Below, piece by piece: positions 27,311 through 36,692 of a stretch of DNA of 52,818 nucleotides. The notes under the pieces were generated by a model that was not told the DNA's origin, did not search any database, and worked only from the letters and a program-made list of their open reading frames with translations. Position numbers and translations under genes: made by a program. Positions within the stretch are counted from its first letter, which is position 1. The number at the start of each line of letters is the position of its first letter. The DNA is from a virus (taxonomy: Duplodnaviria > Caudoviricetes), in the IMG/VR virus record IMGVR_UViG_3300037440_000405, positions 1 through 52,818 of that record. The stretch is one strand, 5' to 3'.

Positions 27311-27808
27311 CTACTTGGCTCGGTCGGCGATGCGTTGCGCCATCGACTCGACAGCGGCGTGCACCGCCTGTTTGGCCGGCTGATGCCCGGCGCGGGCGGC
27401 ACGGTCGAACCATTCCGATGGCACGGCCACCTGCTGCACCCACCGGTCGGTGTTGAACACGGGATGACGCCAACCCTTCGGCGTGTTCAGCGCCTTCGGC
27501 GCGTTGGTGAACCCGCGCGGCATGTTCTTGCGCCGCACCCGCAGCGCCACACCGGTCTGCCGGCCGGAGAACCGAACAGCTGGTTTCATCTGCGATGCGA
27601 CGGTGGTCCGCAGCGGCGATCCACCGTGGGCCAGGCCGGCGGTGCCGATGCTCATCAGGTTCGACCGGGCCTGCTCGGCGACCGGCTCCAGCACCTGTTT
27701 GAGGTTGGTCGCCAGTTCCTTCTTGAGCTTCTTGCCGTCGGCCTCCTGCTTCAGGGCACGGCCGACGTTGCGTAGCGACTCCTGGTCGGCCGACAGCTCG
27801 ATCGGCAT
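27311..27808 (-). CDS. Tail completion / HK97 gp10-like protein
   Basis: Basic protein, WRHPVF motif, position. Confidence 0.6.
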   Translation of the reverse strand: MPIELSADQESLRNVGRALKQEADGKKLKKELATNLKQVLEPVAEQARSNLMSIGTAGLAHGGSPLRTTVASQMKPAVRFSGRQTGVALRVRRKNMPRGFTNAPKALNTPKGWRHPVFNTDRWVQQVAVPSEWFDRAARAGHQPAKQAVHAAVESMAQRIADRAK

Positions 27809-28224
27809 CAGGCGGTGCTCGTTGCCCTGACCAGCACACCCGAGAGCGGGAAGGAGTAGTCGGCCTCGTTGACGTCACCGACCGACCCCATGATCGGCGC
27901 CCACTTGTTGATCAAGATGGACCCGGAATACTGCGGGTTGGAAGTGGACACGACCGCGTCGTCGGCGCGGACGGTGAACGCGACCACAGTGCGCCGCAAC
28001 GCCCACATGATCTCGTCGAGCTCGCCGGCGGTGTGGGAGTTCTTGAAGCTCACGCCGAGGGTTCCGGACTCCTGCCCGCCAAGGACTTCCTTGGCTCCGC
28101 CGGACGCGTAGGTGGAGACGTCCTTCTCCTCGAAGTCGTCCTCCAGTTCAACCTTCGCGCACCACTGCGTGAGGTCGTTGCTGTTGATGCTCAACACGGC
28201 GTCGAGCAGCACCTTCTTGGCCAT
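27808..28224 (-). CDS. Major tail (tube) protein
   Basis: Size and position; NPQYSG..L motif. Confidence 0.7.
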   Translation of the reverse strand: MAKKVLLDAVLSINSNDLTQWCAKVELEDDFEEKDVSTYASGGAKEVLGGQESGTLGVSFKNSHTAGELDEIMWALRRTVVAFTVRADDAVVSTSNPQYSGSILINKWAPIMGSVGDVNEADYSFPLSGVLVRATSTA

Positions 28225-28236
28225 TGATCTACTCCT

Positions 28237-28998
28237 CTACTCGATGCCGATTGCAGCGACGAACAGGAACGACTCGCCGGTGCCGCCGTTGTCGGTGATG
28301 TCCCACACCACCCGGTACCAGGTGTCCGCGTGGGCGGTGCCGTCGGTGCGCAGGACCTGCCCACCGGGTGCGGTGGCCGTGACGAAGCTCAGCCGGGTTT
28401 CCGGGGTGACGTTGAACGCTTCCGCCGAATCCGACTGGACGATGACGTCGATCTCCGGGATCAGGGTGCCGGCCACGGACAGGACGTGCAGGCTGCCGTA
28501 CAGCCGCTGTCCGGCCGCCACCGCGCCGAGCTCGACCGCCGTGCCGTTGCCGTCGGTGGTGCGGGCAACGCCGGACGGGTGGGCGAACTCGCCGCGGACC
28601 AGTGGCCATGTGCCGGTGGCCTTGGCCGACCAGGGTGCGACGTCACCGACGGCGGCGAACAGTTTGATCGATGAACGTAGCGCCTTGGTGAGGTAGGCGA
28701 TCGAGCCGGCGCCGGTGTCCGACGCCGACTCGGCACCCGCGGTCCACGCTTCGAGGACCCGCCGGTCGGCCCACGCCTGGTCGTCGATCTTGCCCGGGTC
28801 GCCGGCCTCCCACTGGCCCTCGGCGTTGATGCTGACCGTTTCCAGCCCGCCGAGAACCTCTTTGGCACCGCCTGAACGCCAGTTGGAGACCTCTTTGGCC
28901 TCAATCTCCGACTCGATCTCGATCTTGCTGCCGTGGCCGGACAAGTCAGCGGCGCCGACGAACAGCCGCGCATCGAGCAGGACGAGCTTGCCCATCAC
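28237..28998 (-). CDS. Second tail-tube-like protein
   Basis: N-terminus parallels the next gene (LLDA...SGGAKEVLGG). Confidence 0.6.
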   Translation of the reverse strand: MMGKLVLLDARLFVGAADLSGHGSKIEIESEIEAKEVSNWRSGGAKEVLGGLETVSINAEGQWEAGDPGKIDDQAWADRRVLEAWTAGAESASDTGAGSIAYLTKALRSSIKLFAAVGDVAPWSAKATGTWPLVRGEFAHPSGVARTTDGNGTAVELGAVAAGQRLYGSLHVLSVAGTLIPEIDVIVQSDSAEAFNVTPETRLSFVTATAPGGQVLRTDGTAHADTWYRVVWDITDNGGTGESFLFVAAIGIE

Positions 28999-29420
28999 TC
29001 CACCACCTTGACCTGGATGTCCACACCGATGTACTGGGTGCCGGCATGCTCGTACCAGCGGGGTTTCTCAACCCGGCGCACCCACAAGTCGTCTGCGAGC
29101 CCACCAAGCGCCGCCTGGCCGGGACCGCCGCGCGCCGCCTCAATCGCATCCTTGACCGACTCGTCGTTGCCGGTCGAGCAGTACGCCCGCAGCAGCCGCT
29201 GCGACGTCTGGCCATCGGCGCGGCTGACCAACAGCCGGCAGGTCAACTCGATCTCGGCCGTCTTCCCGAACGTCTTGTCGTAGTCGGCGGCCGGCTCGGC
29301 AACGAAGAAGTGGGGTTCGGTGATCGCATCCGGAACGTGCCCGGTGGCGGTCAACGCCGGCGTCGACACGGCGTTGCCGGCCGCGACGGCGATAGCTACG
29401 CAGATCCCGTTGAGATCCAT
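28995..29420 (-). CDS. Tail terminator / head-tail joining protein
   Basis: Position; SVKDAIE...LGGLADDL motif. Confidence 0.65.
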   Translation of the reverse strand: MDLNGICVAIAVAAGNAVSTPALTATGHVPDAITEPHFFVAEPAADYDKTFGKTAEIELTCRLLVSRADGQTSQRLLRAYCSTGNDESVKDAIEAARGGPGQAALGGLADDLWVRRVEKPRWYEHAGTQYIGVDIQVKVVE

Positions 29421-30274
29421 CAGCCGAACCCCGGCAGCACGAGCGACTCGACCAACTTGGCCACGTCCGGGTCTAGCCGGGACACGCGCACCGTGCCCCA
29501 CTCGGCTGACCCCAACACACCCTCAGGGCTGTCCTTCCGCTTGTACAGCCGCAAAGCCTGGATCAGCGTTGCCTCGCGGATCACCTGCGGGATGGCCGGC
29601 CAGCCCCACTTGGCGGTGACCCGCACCCGCGGCCCGGACAGGAACGACCCGGACAGGTGCAGCAGCGACGTGACCGGCTCCAACTTGACCAGCGCGTCGG
29701 TGGGTTCGGCCTCGACCGAGGTGGTCACCGCGGTCCACCCGTTGGCGGTCGACCCCACCTCGACGATCAGCCCGACGGTGGTGCCGATGTCGTCGACGAG
29801 CAGCCGTTGACCTTCCCGGTCGGCGACGACCCTGCGCCGCGGGTTGAGGATCCTGGCGGTGGTCGTGGCGTCCAGGTAGAACCGGCGGCCGGTGTGGATG
29901 TCGATCGAGCGGGACGCGGACACGATCTTCTCCTGGAGCAGCGCATCCCGGCCGGTTGGTTCGTTGAGTGACTCTTTGACCAACTCCAGGGTGGTGTACA
30001 CCGGCAGGTACGGGGGTGTGCCTGGGGTGGCGGTGACCAGGACTTTCTGGTGTTCGACGCCGGCGCCGGTGCCGGTGACCGTCCAGGTGAGTAGCCACCA
30101 GCCGGCCTGGTCGTAGGTGACCGCAGCCGTCCACGTGGCGCCGCTGTCGGCTGTGGCCGGGGTTGGGTCGCTGGTGGTGGCATCGGGGGCGGTGACGTGT
30201 AGTGCAGCGTCGGTGGTCTCGTCGAACGGGGTGACGGTCAGGGTGGCGGTTGCGGTGTCGCCGACGTCCGGCAT
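29420..30274 (-). CDS. Head-to-tail adaptor with an N-terminal Ig-like extension
   Basis: YTTLELVK, ASRSID...GRRFY, VTAKWGWPAIP...ATLIQA. Confidence 0.8.
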   Translation of the reverse strand: MPDVGDTATATLTVTPFDETTDAALHVTAPDATTSDPTPATADSGATWTAAVTYDQAGWWLLTWTVTGTGAGVEHQKVLVTATPGTPPYLPVYTTLELVKESLNEPTGRDALLQEKIVSASRSIDIHTGRRFYLDATTTARILNPRRRVVADREGQRLLVDDIGTTVGLIVEVGSTANGWTAVTTSVEAEPTDALVKLEPVTSLLHLSGSFLSGPRVRVTAKWGWPAIPQVIREATLIQALRLYKRKDSPEGVLGSAEWGTVRVSRLDPDVAKLVESLVLPGFG

Positions 30275-30278
30275 CGGG

Positions 30279-32441
30279 TCACCTCCCTCCCATGGTGGCG
30301 GTTGGCGCAGTAGCAACCAAGCCGCTGCGTGGTGCCGTAGCAACCAGGGTGCCCGGAATGATCTCGTCGGTGGCAACGGTCAAGGCACCAGCGGTGACGG
30401 CAATGCTCGCGCCGCCCAGGTCCAATTCGAGCGCGAGAATCGCGAGGACTACCAGCCCTGGGGTGACGGTGATGCTAACTGCGGCCGGTGTGATGTCCAC
30501 GGAACCGGCAGTGATCGTCAGTGCGCCGGGGTCAACGTCGACATTGGCGTCGACCAAGTCCAGTCCGAGGCCGATGGCCAGCGTCCCTGGAGTTGCGGTG
30601 AGGCTCACCACGGCCGGGGTGATATCTACGGGGCCGGTGGTCATCGTCAAGACGCCCGGAGTGGCTGCGACGGTGATCGTTGCCGGGAAAACGGTGAGGC
30701 CTTGGCCAACGGCCAGAATCCCGCCGGTGACGGCCACCGTGACCGGATCCGGGGTGATGTCCTGGCCTGGCGCGCTGGTGGTGACGGTCAGGGTGCCAGG
30801 GCTCGCGTCGACCACTACGACAGCCGGGACGATATCCGCTGTGGCAGTTAGGACCAAGGTGCCCGGGGTGGCGGATACCGTGACCGGATCTGGTATGACG
30901 TCGACCGTGGCGGTCAGGGTCAGCGTGCCCGGTGTGGCGGTGATGGTCGCCGGGTCGGGTACGAGGTTGACCGCGCCGATTGTGACGGTCAGGGTGCCCG
31001 CGGTGCAGGTCACCGTGACCGGGGCTGGTGTGACCGGTTGGCTGCCGCCTTCGGTGGCCACCTCGACCGTACCCGGTGTGGCTGTCACTGTGACCGGGGC
31101 CGGGGTGATCGTTGCCGTGGTTGTGATCGTCGCCGTGCCTGGTGTGGCCGTGACGGTCACCGGTGCGGGGGTGAAGCCGACCGTGCTGGTGATGGTCAGC
31201 GTGCCGGGTGTGGCGTCGATCGTTACCGCGGCCGGGGTTATCTCCAGCGGCGGGGTCTCCGCGACCGAGAACTCCACCCACGAGTCAGCATTGTTTATGT
31301 TCAACGTGAAGCTGCGGGAGCCGCCGCCGCCCGCCTTCTTCAGCCAGAGCGACACCGAGAGCTTGTCACCGGCGGCGAACGGGCCAGCGAGCACCATGGT
31401 CTGCGTTTTCACACCGGTGGTGTTGTGCTCGGATGAGGCCGTGGAGCTTTCCTGAAGGACGTCGGAGCTGTTGTACCGATGAACTATCCACTGGTACCGC
31501 AATGTGGCCGCGGACACTGCCGCCATGGAAATGGACGTGTCGATTGCCACGCTGGCGTCCACCGTCGTACCGACGACCCGCCAGAACTCCAACACCTTGA
31601 TGAAGCTGCCGGAGCTGATGCTGCCCGACCCGATTGTGGTCGGGGTGCCCTGCGTTTCGGACAGGTCATGGATGATCCCGGTAGCACCCGGCTCGTCCTG
31701 GGTGTCACGCAGGAAGTTGCGAGACAGGGCCAGGATGCCGGCGGTGGCATAGACGAAGTCCAGGTCGGTGACGGTGGTCGGGGTGCCCACACCGAAGCTG
31801 GTCTCATCAGCCCGGTTGAGGGTGAAGTCCTCAACCATGTAGTTCGCATCCGACTGGGAGAACTCCCACCCGGATGCCGGATCGGCGTCCCGCCAGTTGT
31901 CCAGGTGCTCGTCGAGACCAGCCGCCTCGATCGCCGCGTCGCCGAACGTGTCAGCCGCCCAAGGCAGCTCGTCCGCCCAGATCGCCGCGGCGGCATAGTC
32001 GGCACCCGGGCCCTCACCGGAAGTCGCATCCTTGGTACGGATGCTACCGCCCGTGGGCGCCACCCAGTCCAACTGGGTGTCTACGGCATCGTCATGAACC
32101 CATATTCCGGTCGTAACATTCTTGAGGCTGAACCGGGGACGCACATCCCCGGTGTTCTTGCGTGCGATCAACAAGTGCCAGTCGTCGAAGGTGACAGACG
32201 GTCCCTCGGTGGCCCAGATCGAGGCACCCTTCCAAAAGGTGGTGCCGTCGCTGAGCAAGCCGACGCCACCGAGGTCCCCACCGGTCGCGTCGTACAGCTT
32301 CACCAGCCAGCGGAACACCGTGTCTGCGGACGGCCGGAACAGGACCGCAATCGTTCCGTACGTCGTCGCGTCGACACCACCGAGCCCGGTGGAGAACGCT
32401 ACGTCGTCGGCGTTGCCCAGCCTGCGGACGACGGTCGACAC
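30279..32441 (-). CDS. Virion fibre-like protein with about 13 Thr/Pro/Val-rich repeats
   Basis: LamG-like N-terminus; repeats of ITPAPVTVTATPGTLT in the C-terminal half. Confidence 0.7.
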   Translation of the reverse strand: MSTVVRRLGNADDVAFSTGLGGVDATTYGTIAVLFRPSADTVFRWLVKLYDATGGDLGGVGLLSDGTTFWKGASIWATEGPSVTFDDWHLLIARKNTGDVRPRFSLKNVTTGIWVHDDAVDTQLDWVAPTGGSIRTKDATSGEGPGADYAAAAIWADELPWAADTFGDAAIEAAGLDEHLDNWRDADPASGWEFSQSDANYMVEDFTLNRADETSFGVGTPTTVTDLDFVYATAGILALSRNFLRDTQDEPGATGIIHDLSETQGTPTTIGSGSISSGSFIKVLEFWRVVGTTVDASVAIDTSISMAAVSAATLRYQWIVHRYNSSDVLQESSTASSEHNTTGVKTQTMVLAGPFAAGDKLSVSLWLKKAGGGGSRSFTLNINNADSWVEFSVAETPPLEITPAAVTIDATPGTLTITSTVGFTPAPVTVTATPGTATITTTATITPAPVTVTATPGTVEVATEGGSQPVTPAPVTVTCTAGTLTVTIGAVNLVPDPATITATPGTLTLTATVDVIPDPVTVSATPGTLVLTATADIVPAVVVVDASPGTLTVTTSAPGQDITPDPVTVAVTGGILAVGQGLTVFPATITVAATPGVLTMTTGPVDITPAVVSLTATPGTLAIGLGLDLVDANVDVDPGALTITAGSVDITPAAVSITVTPGLVVLAILALELDLGGASIAVTAGALTVATDEIIPGTLVATAPRSGLVATAPTATMGGR

Positions 32442-32451
32442 GGGTCAGGCC

Positions 32452-32748
32452 CTACCGGAGACCCTCGACGTCATCGGAGAACGCCCTGAAGTCCTTCGCC
32501 GACGCGAGCGCCGCAAGGCCCAGGTAGATCTGCTCCAACTGCTTGAAGTCGGTGATGGCCGAGCCGACGGTGGCAGCATCGCCGGTCGTGAAGCCGTACG
32601 TGGCCTCCAGCCCAGCACCGCCCACACCAGCGTGCCAGGCGCTGAACTGGGCGATGTCGGCGAACGTCTCGCGCAGCGTTACCGCGAGCCGGCCGATCGT
32701 CTGGTTGATCTGGTCCTTGGTGAGCAGTGCAGCGAAACCGGCAGCCAT
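32452..32748 (-). CDS. Hypothetical virion-region protein
   Basis: GGAGG SD, 98 aa. Confidence 0.6.
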   Translation of the reverse strand: MAAGFAALLTKDQINQTIGRLAVTLRETFADIAQFSAWHAGVGGAGLEATYGFTTGDAATVGSAITDFKQLEQIYLGLAALASAKDFRAFSDDVEGLR

Positions 32749-32780
32749 GTCATTCCCTCCATCAAACGGACGTGCATCCC

Positions 32781-33203
32781 TCAGGCGAGGGTGACGAGGA
32801 TGTTCGATCCCCAGGTGACCGTTATGTCCCCCCCGTTGGGGGTGACTGGCAGGCCAGTTGATGCGGAGTCCCAGGTGATCATCAGCGGGGACGTACTTCC
32901 CGTGCCGGTGTTCTTGAACACCGTTAGGTAGTCCGCCGGGTCCCCAGTTATCGCCGAGAATGTGAGCGCACCCGAAAGGGTCACCACCCCACCGGAAGCG
33001 GTGCCTCCAGGGACGTCTGCTTGTGCGCCAGCAACGATCAAGCCGGCCGAGACATCCGCATAGTCCTCGTGTGAAGAGAGGATTGTGACAATGGCCGAAT
33101 CGATCAGCGCGGCCTCGATGTCATCGGTGTCGAAGTCGGGCAACGCGTGGTTCCCGGCGCCGAGCATCAGCTGAAGCCAATTGGTGTGAACGATGGTGCT
33201 CAA
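32781..33203 (-). CDS. Small virion structural protein
   Basis: LPVTPNGGDITVTW motif typical of proteins preceding phage fibre genes. Confidence 0.65.
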   Translation of the reverse strand: MSTIVHTNWLQLMLGAGNHALPDFDTDDIEAALIDSAIVTILSSHEDYADVSAGLIVAGAQADVPGGTASGGVVTLSGALTFSAITGDPADYLTVFKNTGTGSTSPLMITWDSASTGLPVTPNGGDITVTWGSNILVTLA

Positions 33204-33242
33204 GACGACCTCCTGATACGGGCGCGCAGCAGCGCGCTCTCC

Positions 33243-33587
33243 TCACATTTTCGCCGGGATGGCACGGGCCGCTGCCGGCGGCAGGACCAGCCCTTGCGTC
33301 GGCGGTTTGGTCACGATGTTGACCGCCTCGAACCCGCCGTGGTCGAACAGCTTCTGCATGTGCGCCCAGATGGTGGTCGACACGATGATGGTGCCCTCGG
33401 CGTTGAGTTGCAAGTGGTACGTCTTGCACTGATGCGGGTGGCCACATACCTGGCATGTCGGCCGGTGCGGGTTTGGTGGCAGCGGCCGCGACTGGTCGCG
33501 GACGATGAACAACCGGTTGGCCACCGAGCCGACGCCCTCAGCGGCCAGCCTGGCCGGCTGCGGCTGGATCCGCACCCCGTCAGCCAC
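33243..33587 (-). CDS. Hypothetical protein (CxxC/H)
   Basis: CQVCGHPHQCKTYHL. Confidence 0.6.
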   Translation of the reverse strand: MADGVRIQPQPARLAAEGVGSVANRLFIVRDQSRPLPPNPHRPTCQVCGHPHQCKTYHLQLNAEGTIIVSTTIWAHMQKLFDHGGFEAVNIVTKPPTQGLVLPPAAARAIPAKM

Positions 33588-34287
33588 CGCCGACCACCAC
33601 CCTCCCGGCCGTGGCCGGATGCCGGTCGTAGTCGCCGGGGGTGTCGAAGTCGTCGGTCTCGTCGTCGACGTCGGTGAACCAGGTCGGGTTGACCATGTGC
33701 TCGTTCAGCGGCGTCCGCTGGATGCTACGCAGCAACTCCCATGCGGTGAACCGGCGGGAATACCCAGCCGCGTAGGCCAACGCCACCTTGTGCATGTGGT
33801 CGTCGAGCATGCCATGGTGCCTCGGCAGCCAGGATCCGGCGAAAATCTCACCCCACCGGGACCCGGTGATGCTCGACGGGCCCGCCCGGCCGAACATCCG
33901 CCACAACGGCCCGTCAAACCCGCCGATTGTGGTCATCGCCGCGTCGGTGTAGTACACGTCCCCGTACAGCAGCAGCGTCCGCCCGTAGGTGGACCACAGA
34001 TGCCGGGTCGACGCGTACTCGTTGACGTGCTGGCCGCGGATCACGTGCCGGGTGGTGCCGGGCAGCAGGTACCGGTCGTCGTCCAACGATGCGATGTGCA
34101 CGTCGTGCGAGACGGTCAGGGCTTGCCGGGTGGTGCGGTGCAGCAGCGGTTCCCCGTCGACCGGGGCCAGATGCCGCGGCACATCCAGGTAGTTGCCCCA
34201 TTTGGCGCCCGACCCGGCGCAGGCGATGACGATCCTCACGAGCTCACCCCTTCGCAGCTTGCGCGCCTTGGCCACGTCGGCGGCCAC
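33580..34287 (-). CDS. Nucleotidyltransferase-like (NTP_transf / GT-A fold) protein
   Basis: IVIACAGSGAKWG...PRHLAPVDGEPLL..T, LYGDVYY, DFDTPGDY; true start may be GTG 34239. Confidence 0.75.
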   Translation of the reverse strand: MAADVAKARKLRRGELVRIVIACAGSGAKWGNYLDVPRHLAPVDGEPLLHRTTRQALTVSHDVHIASLDDDRYLLPGTTRHVIRGQHVNEYASTRHLWSTYGRTLLLYGDVYYTDAAMTTIGGFDGPLWRMFGRAGPSSITGSRWGEIFAGSWLPRHHGMLDDHMHKVALAYAAGYSRRFTAWELLRSIQRTPLNEHMVNPTWFTDVDDETDDFDTPGDYDRHPATAGRVVVGGG

Positions 34288-34296
34288 CAGCAGGAG

Positions 34297-35229
34297 TCAG
34301 CCACAGCCCACCTCCCGGGCGATCGACTGGAGCCGGTGCCGCCACAGATGCCGCGACTCGACCACGGCAACCGCGGCGTCGCGGATGGCTGTCCGCTGTC
34401 GCTTCATCAACGAATCCAGCCGTGACCCGAGCCGAAGGAAGTCGTACCGGCCGAACGGGACCATCGTCTCGTCGGTGAACCCCTGCTCGGCCATGCCGGC
34501 CACCCGCGGATGCGCCAACACCCCGCCACGACCCAGGATCCGCACCACCCGGTCCGACCAGTAGCAGGCGGCCGGCGCCGAATCCCCCAGCACAGCATGC
34601 GCATACGACACGACGCCGGACAGCCGCTGACCGTAGACGGCGGTCTCCGGCGGCTCACCGTAGACGGCGAACCGGTCACCCCAGCGGGCATGCGCCCACG
34701 CCAACAACTGCAGCCGATGTTCGCCGTGCACAGGCATCGCCCCGCCGGTGAACACGTACCGGGCCTCACCCTCAGGCTTGACCCGGCCCAGATGCCTACC
34801 GCCCAACGCGGGTGGGCACCACCGGTGGTTGACACCCCGGGTGTGCCACGGCCGCGGCCCACCGTCGGCCGTGTACACCCACTGGCAAGACCACCACGGA
34901 TGATTCCCGATCTTCTGTTCCCGGCTAGGCACACCCCAGTACAAGTCCAGGTGCAGCCCGACCGTGGCAGTGCCCGCGTCCTCGATCCGCCGGAGCATGC
35001 CGTCCACGTCACCGGCCGGGGAATGCAAGTGGGTGCGCGCCCAGATCAGCAGATCCGCACCCTTGGCCTGCCGCACCACGTCATCGACCGGCCGGTCACG
35101 GGCGGCGATGTAGTCCACCTGCCAGCCGAGCACGGCGGCCTCGTCGGCCAGGTCGTCATGCCAGCAGTCGCGGCCGTAGTCGGGCGTGCCGAGCAGCAGC
35201 AGCTTCACGGCGGCGCCATCCGACGTCAA
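34297..35229 (-). CDS. GT-B glycosyltransferase (CgeB-like)
   Basis: HLDLYWG, YWSDRV..ILGRGG, HLWRHR C-terminal motif. Confidence 0.7.
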   Translation of the reverse strand: MTSDGAAVKLLLLGTPDYGRDCWHDDLADEAAVLGWQVDYIAARDRPVDDVVRQAKGADLLIWARTHLHSPAGDVDGMLRRIEDAGTATVGLHLDLYWGVPSREQKIGNHPWWSCQWVYTADGGPRPWHTRGVNHRWCPPALGGRHLGRVKPEGEARYVFTGGAMPVHGEHRLQLLAWAHARWGDRFAVYGEPPETAVYGQRLSGVVSYAHAVLGDSAPAACYWSDRVVRILGRGGVLAHPRVAGMAEQGFTDETMVPFGRYDFLRLGSRLDSLMKRQRTAIRDAAVAVVESRHLWRHRLQSIAREVGCG

Positions 35230-35984
35230 CCGGAGTCGCGAACATCGGCTGCCATCACGTTCGGCGGGGTGTAGTCCTCCACACCCACCCAGAACTGCTT
35301 GTGATGCGTGGTCAGAACCCCGGTGTGGACGAACAGAGGGACACCTTGCTGGATCAGCCGGGCGCAGAACGACAGGTCCTCGGAGATCGGCTGCCCGTCC
35401 TCGTAGCGCACCCGGTCGAACCAGACGTCGCCGTACTCAGCCCGCAGCTTCTCCAGCGCACCCCGGTGCATCAGCAGACACGCGGTGCCGGTGCCGGCCA
35501 CCTGCAGCAGCGTGTTCGGCGGCACATCCCACCGGGTGGTGAACCCGGTGTGCCCTTCCGGGGTTTTCGCCGGCACATAGAGCGTCGGGGCAGGCATCAC
35601 CCGCCGGCCGCCGTACCCGTCGTAGCAAACCTCGCGCAGCGCGAAGCACAACCCGCCGACGACCGGACGCTCAACCGGATCGGCTGCGTCGACCAACCGG
35701 TCGATCGTGTCCGGCAGGAACCCCATGTCGGTGTCGATGTACCACAGCCACTCGTGATCGGTCTCGTCCAAGAACCGCTGCACACCAGTGTTACGCGCGG
35801 CGACCAGACCAGACGCGTCGGTACTGATCATGAACGGGCCGGCGGTGTCGACGATCCGGCAGTGGTTCGCCGCGTCATAGCCGATCAGCCGCATCATGCT
35901 CTCGTGCCAACTGTGGCTGACGTTGTGCCGGTGCAGGTACGCGATCTGTACCCTGCCGTTCCCAGCCACGGCCGGCTCACCCAT
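35226..35984 (-). CDS. GT-A (family 2-like) glycosyltransferase
   Basis: ARN, WYIDTDM (DxD), GTACLLMHR, SEDLSFC, HHK. Confidence 0.8.
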   Translation of the reverse strand: MGEPAVAGNGRVQIAYLHRHNVSHSWHESMMRLIGYDAANHCRIVDTAGPFMISTDASGLVAARNTGVQRFLDETDHEWLWYIDTDMGFLPDTIDRLVDAADPVERPVVGGLCFALREVCYDGYGGRRVMPAPTLYVPAKTPEGHTGFTTRWDVPPNTLLQVAGTGTACLLMHRGALEKLRAEYGDVWFDRVRYEDGQPISEDLSFCARLIQQGVPLFVHTGVLTTHHKQFWVGVEDYTPPNVMAADVRDSG

Positions 35985-36315
35985 CGACGGGCTGGTGCGC
36001 AGCGTTGTACGCCTCGACCACCTCGGGCGACAACTTCCCACGCGCCGCCACCTCGAAGCCCTGGGCGACAGCCCACTCGCGGATCGCCCTCGTCGACGGC
36101 GACTCGGTGACCCGAACCTCCCCCGGCGCACGAGTAGCCCGCTCCACCGCCGGCTTCGACTTCGGCACCGACAATGACGCGCCCGGGACCTGATCGGTGA
36201 ACAGGTCAGGCCGTTCCTTGACCAGACCGTGGTCCTCGTCGGCAGACTGGCCCTTACGCAACAGGGTCGTCCCGCCAGACCAGCGGACCACACCGGCGAT
36301 CTTGCTGTACTTCAT
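35977..36315 (-). CDS. Protein with a C-terminal Lsr2 DNA-binding domain
   Basis: AIREWAVAQGFEVAARGKLSPEVVEAYNAAH. Confidence 0.85.
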   Translation of the reverse strand: MKYSKIAGVVRWSGGTTLLRKGQSADEDHGLVKERPDLFTDQVPGASLSVPKSKPAVERATRAPGEVRVTESPSTRAIREWAVAQGFEVAARGKLSPEVVEAYNAAHQPVDG

Positions 36316-36345
36316 CGCGATCTCCTCTCACCTTGGAGTGGTTGG

Positions 36346-36384
36346 TCACGTGGCGGGTGTGAGGTGAGCACACCCGCCACGTGA
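36346..36384 (-). terminator. 16-bp hairpin downstream of the capsid genes (terminator/processing site)
   Basis: TCACGTGGCGGGTGTG/CACACCCGCCACGTGA. Confidence 0.7.
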
Positions 36385-36388
36385 GATT

Positions 36389-36688
36389 TCAGTCGGTTGC
36401 GAGCACACTGATGGTTACGGACCCGCCACCATTGGCGGCAAGCACTGCCCGGATGTGCTTGACGGGATTGCCTTCGACCCAGACAAGCTCGGTGAGCAAG
36501 TTCCCATTGGTGACTTCGGCCCTGGCCAGAATCACCCACTTGTCGCCGTCAAGTGATCCTTGGATGTAACCAACCGCGTTCACTGGGCCGGACACCTGAA
36601 GGCAGTATCGGCTTGCCGTCACCTCTTCAGCCACAGATGCACCCAGCGTGGTCTCGCTGTCGATCCACTTGGGCTTATGCCAGATCAT
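36389..36688 (-). CDS. Hypothetical beta-rich protein (possible capsid decoration)
   Basis: Directly after the MCP. Confidence 0.5.
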   Translation of the reverse strand: MIWHKPKWIDSETTLGASVAEEVTASRYCLQVSGPVNAVGYIQGSLDGDKWVILARAEVTNGNLLTELVWVEGNPVKHIRAVLAANGGGSVTISVLATD

Positions 36689-36692
36689 GAGA

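Noticed and set aside
30250-31455. Long plus-strand repeat ORF (401 aa) and other long antisense ORFs such as 36648-38132 and 25490-26833
   Set aside because: Shadows of real minus-strand genes in high-GC DNA; no SD or domain evidence
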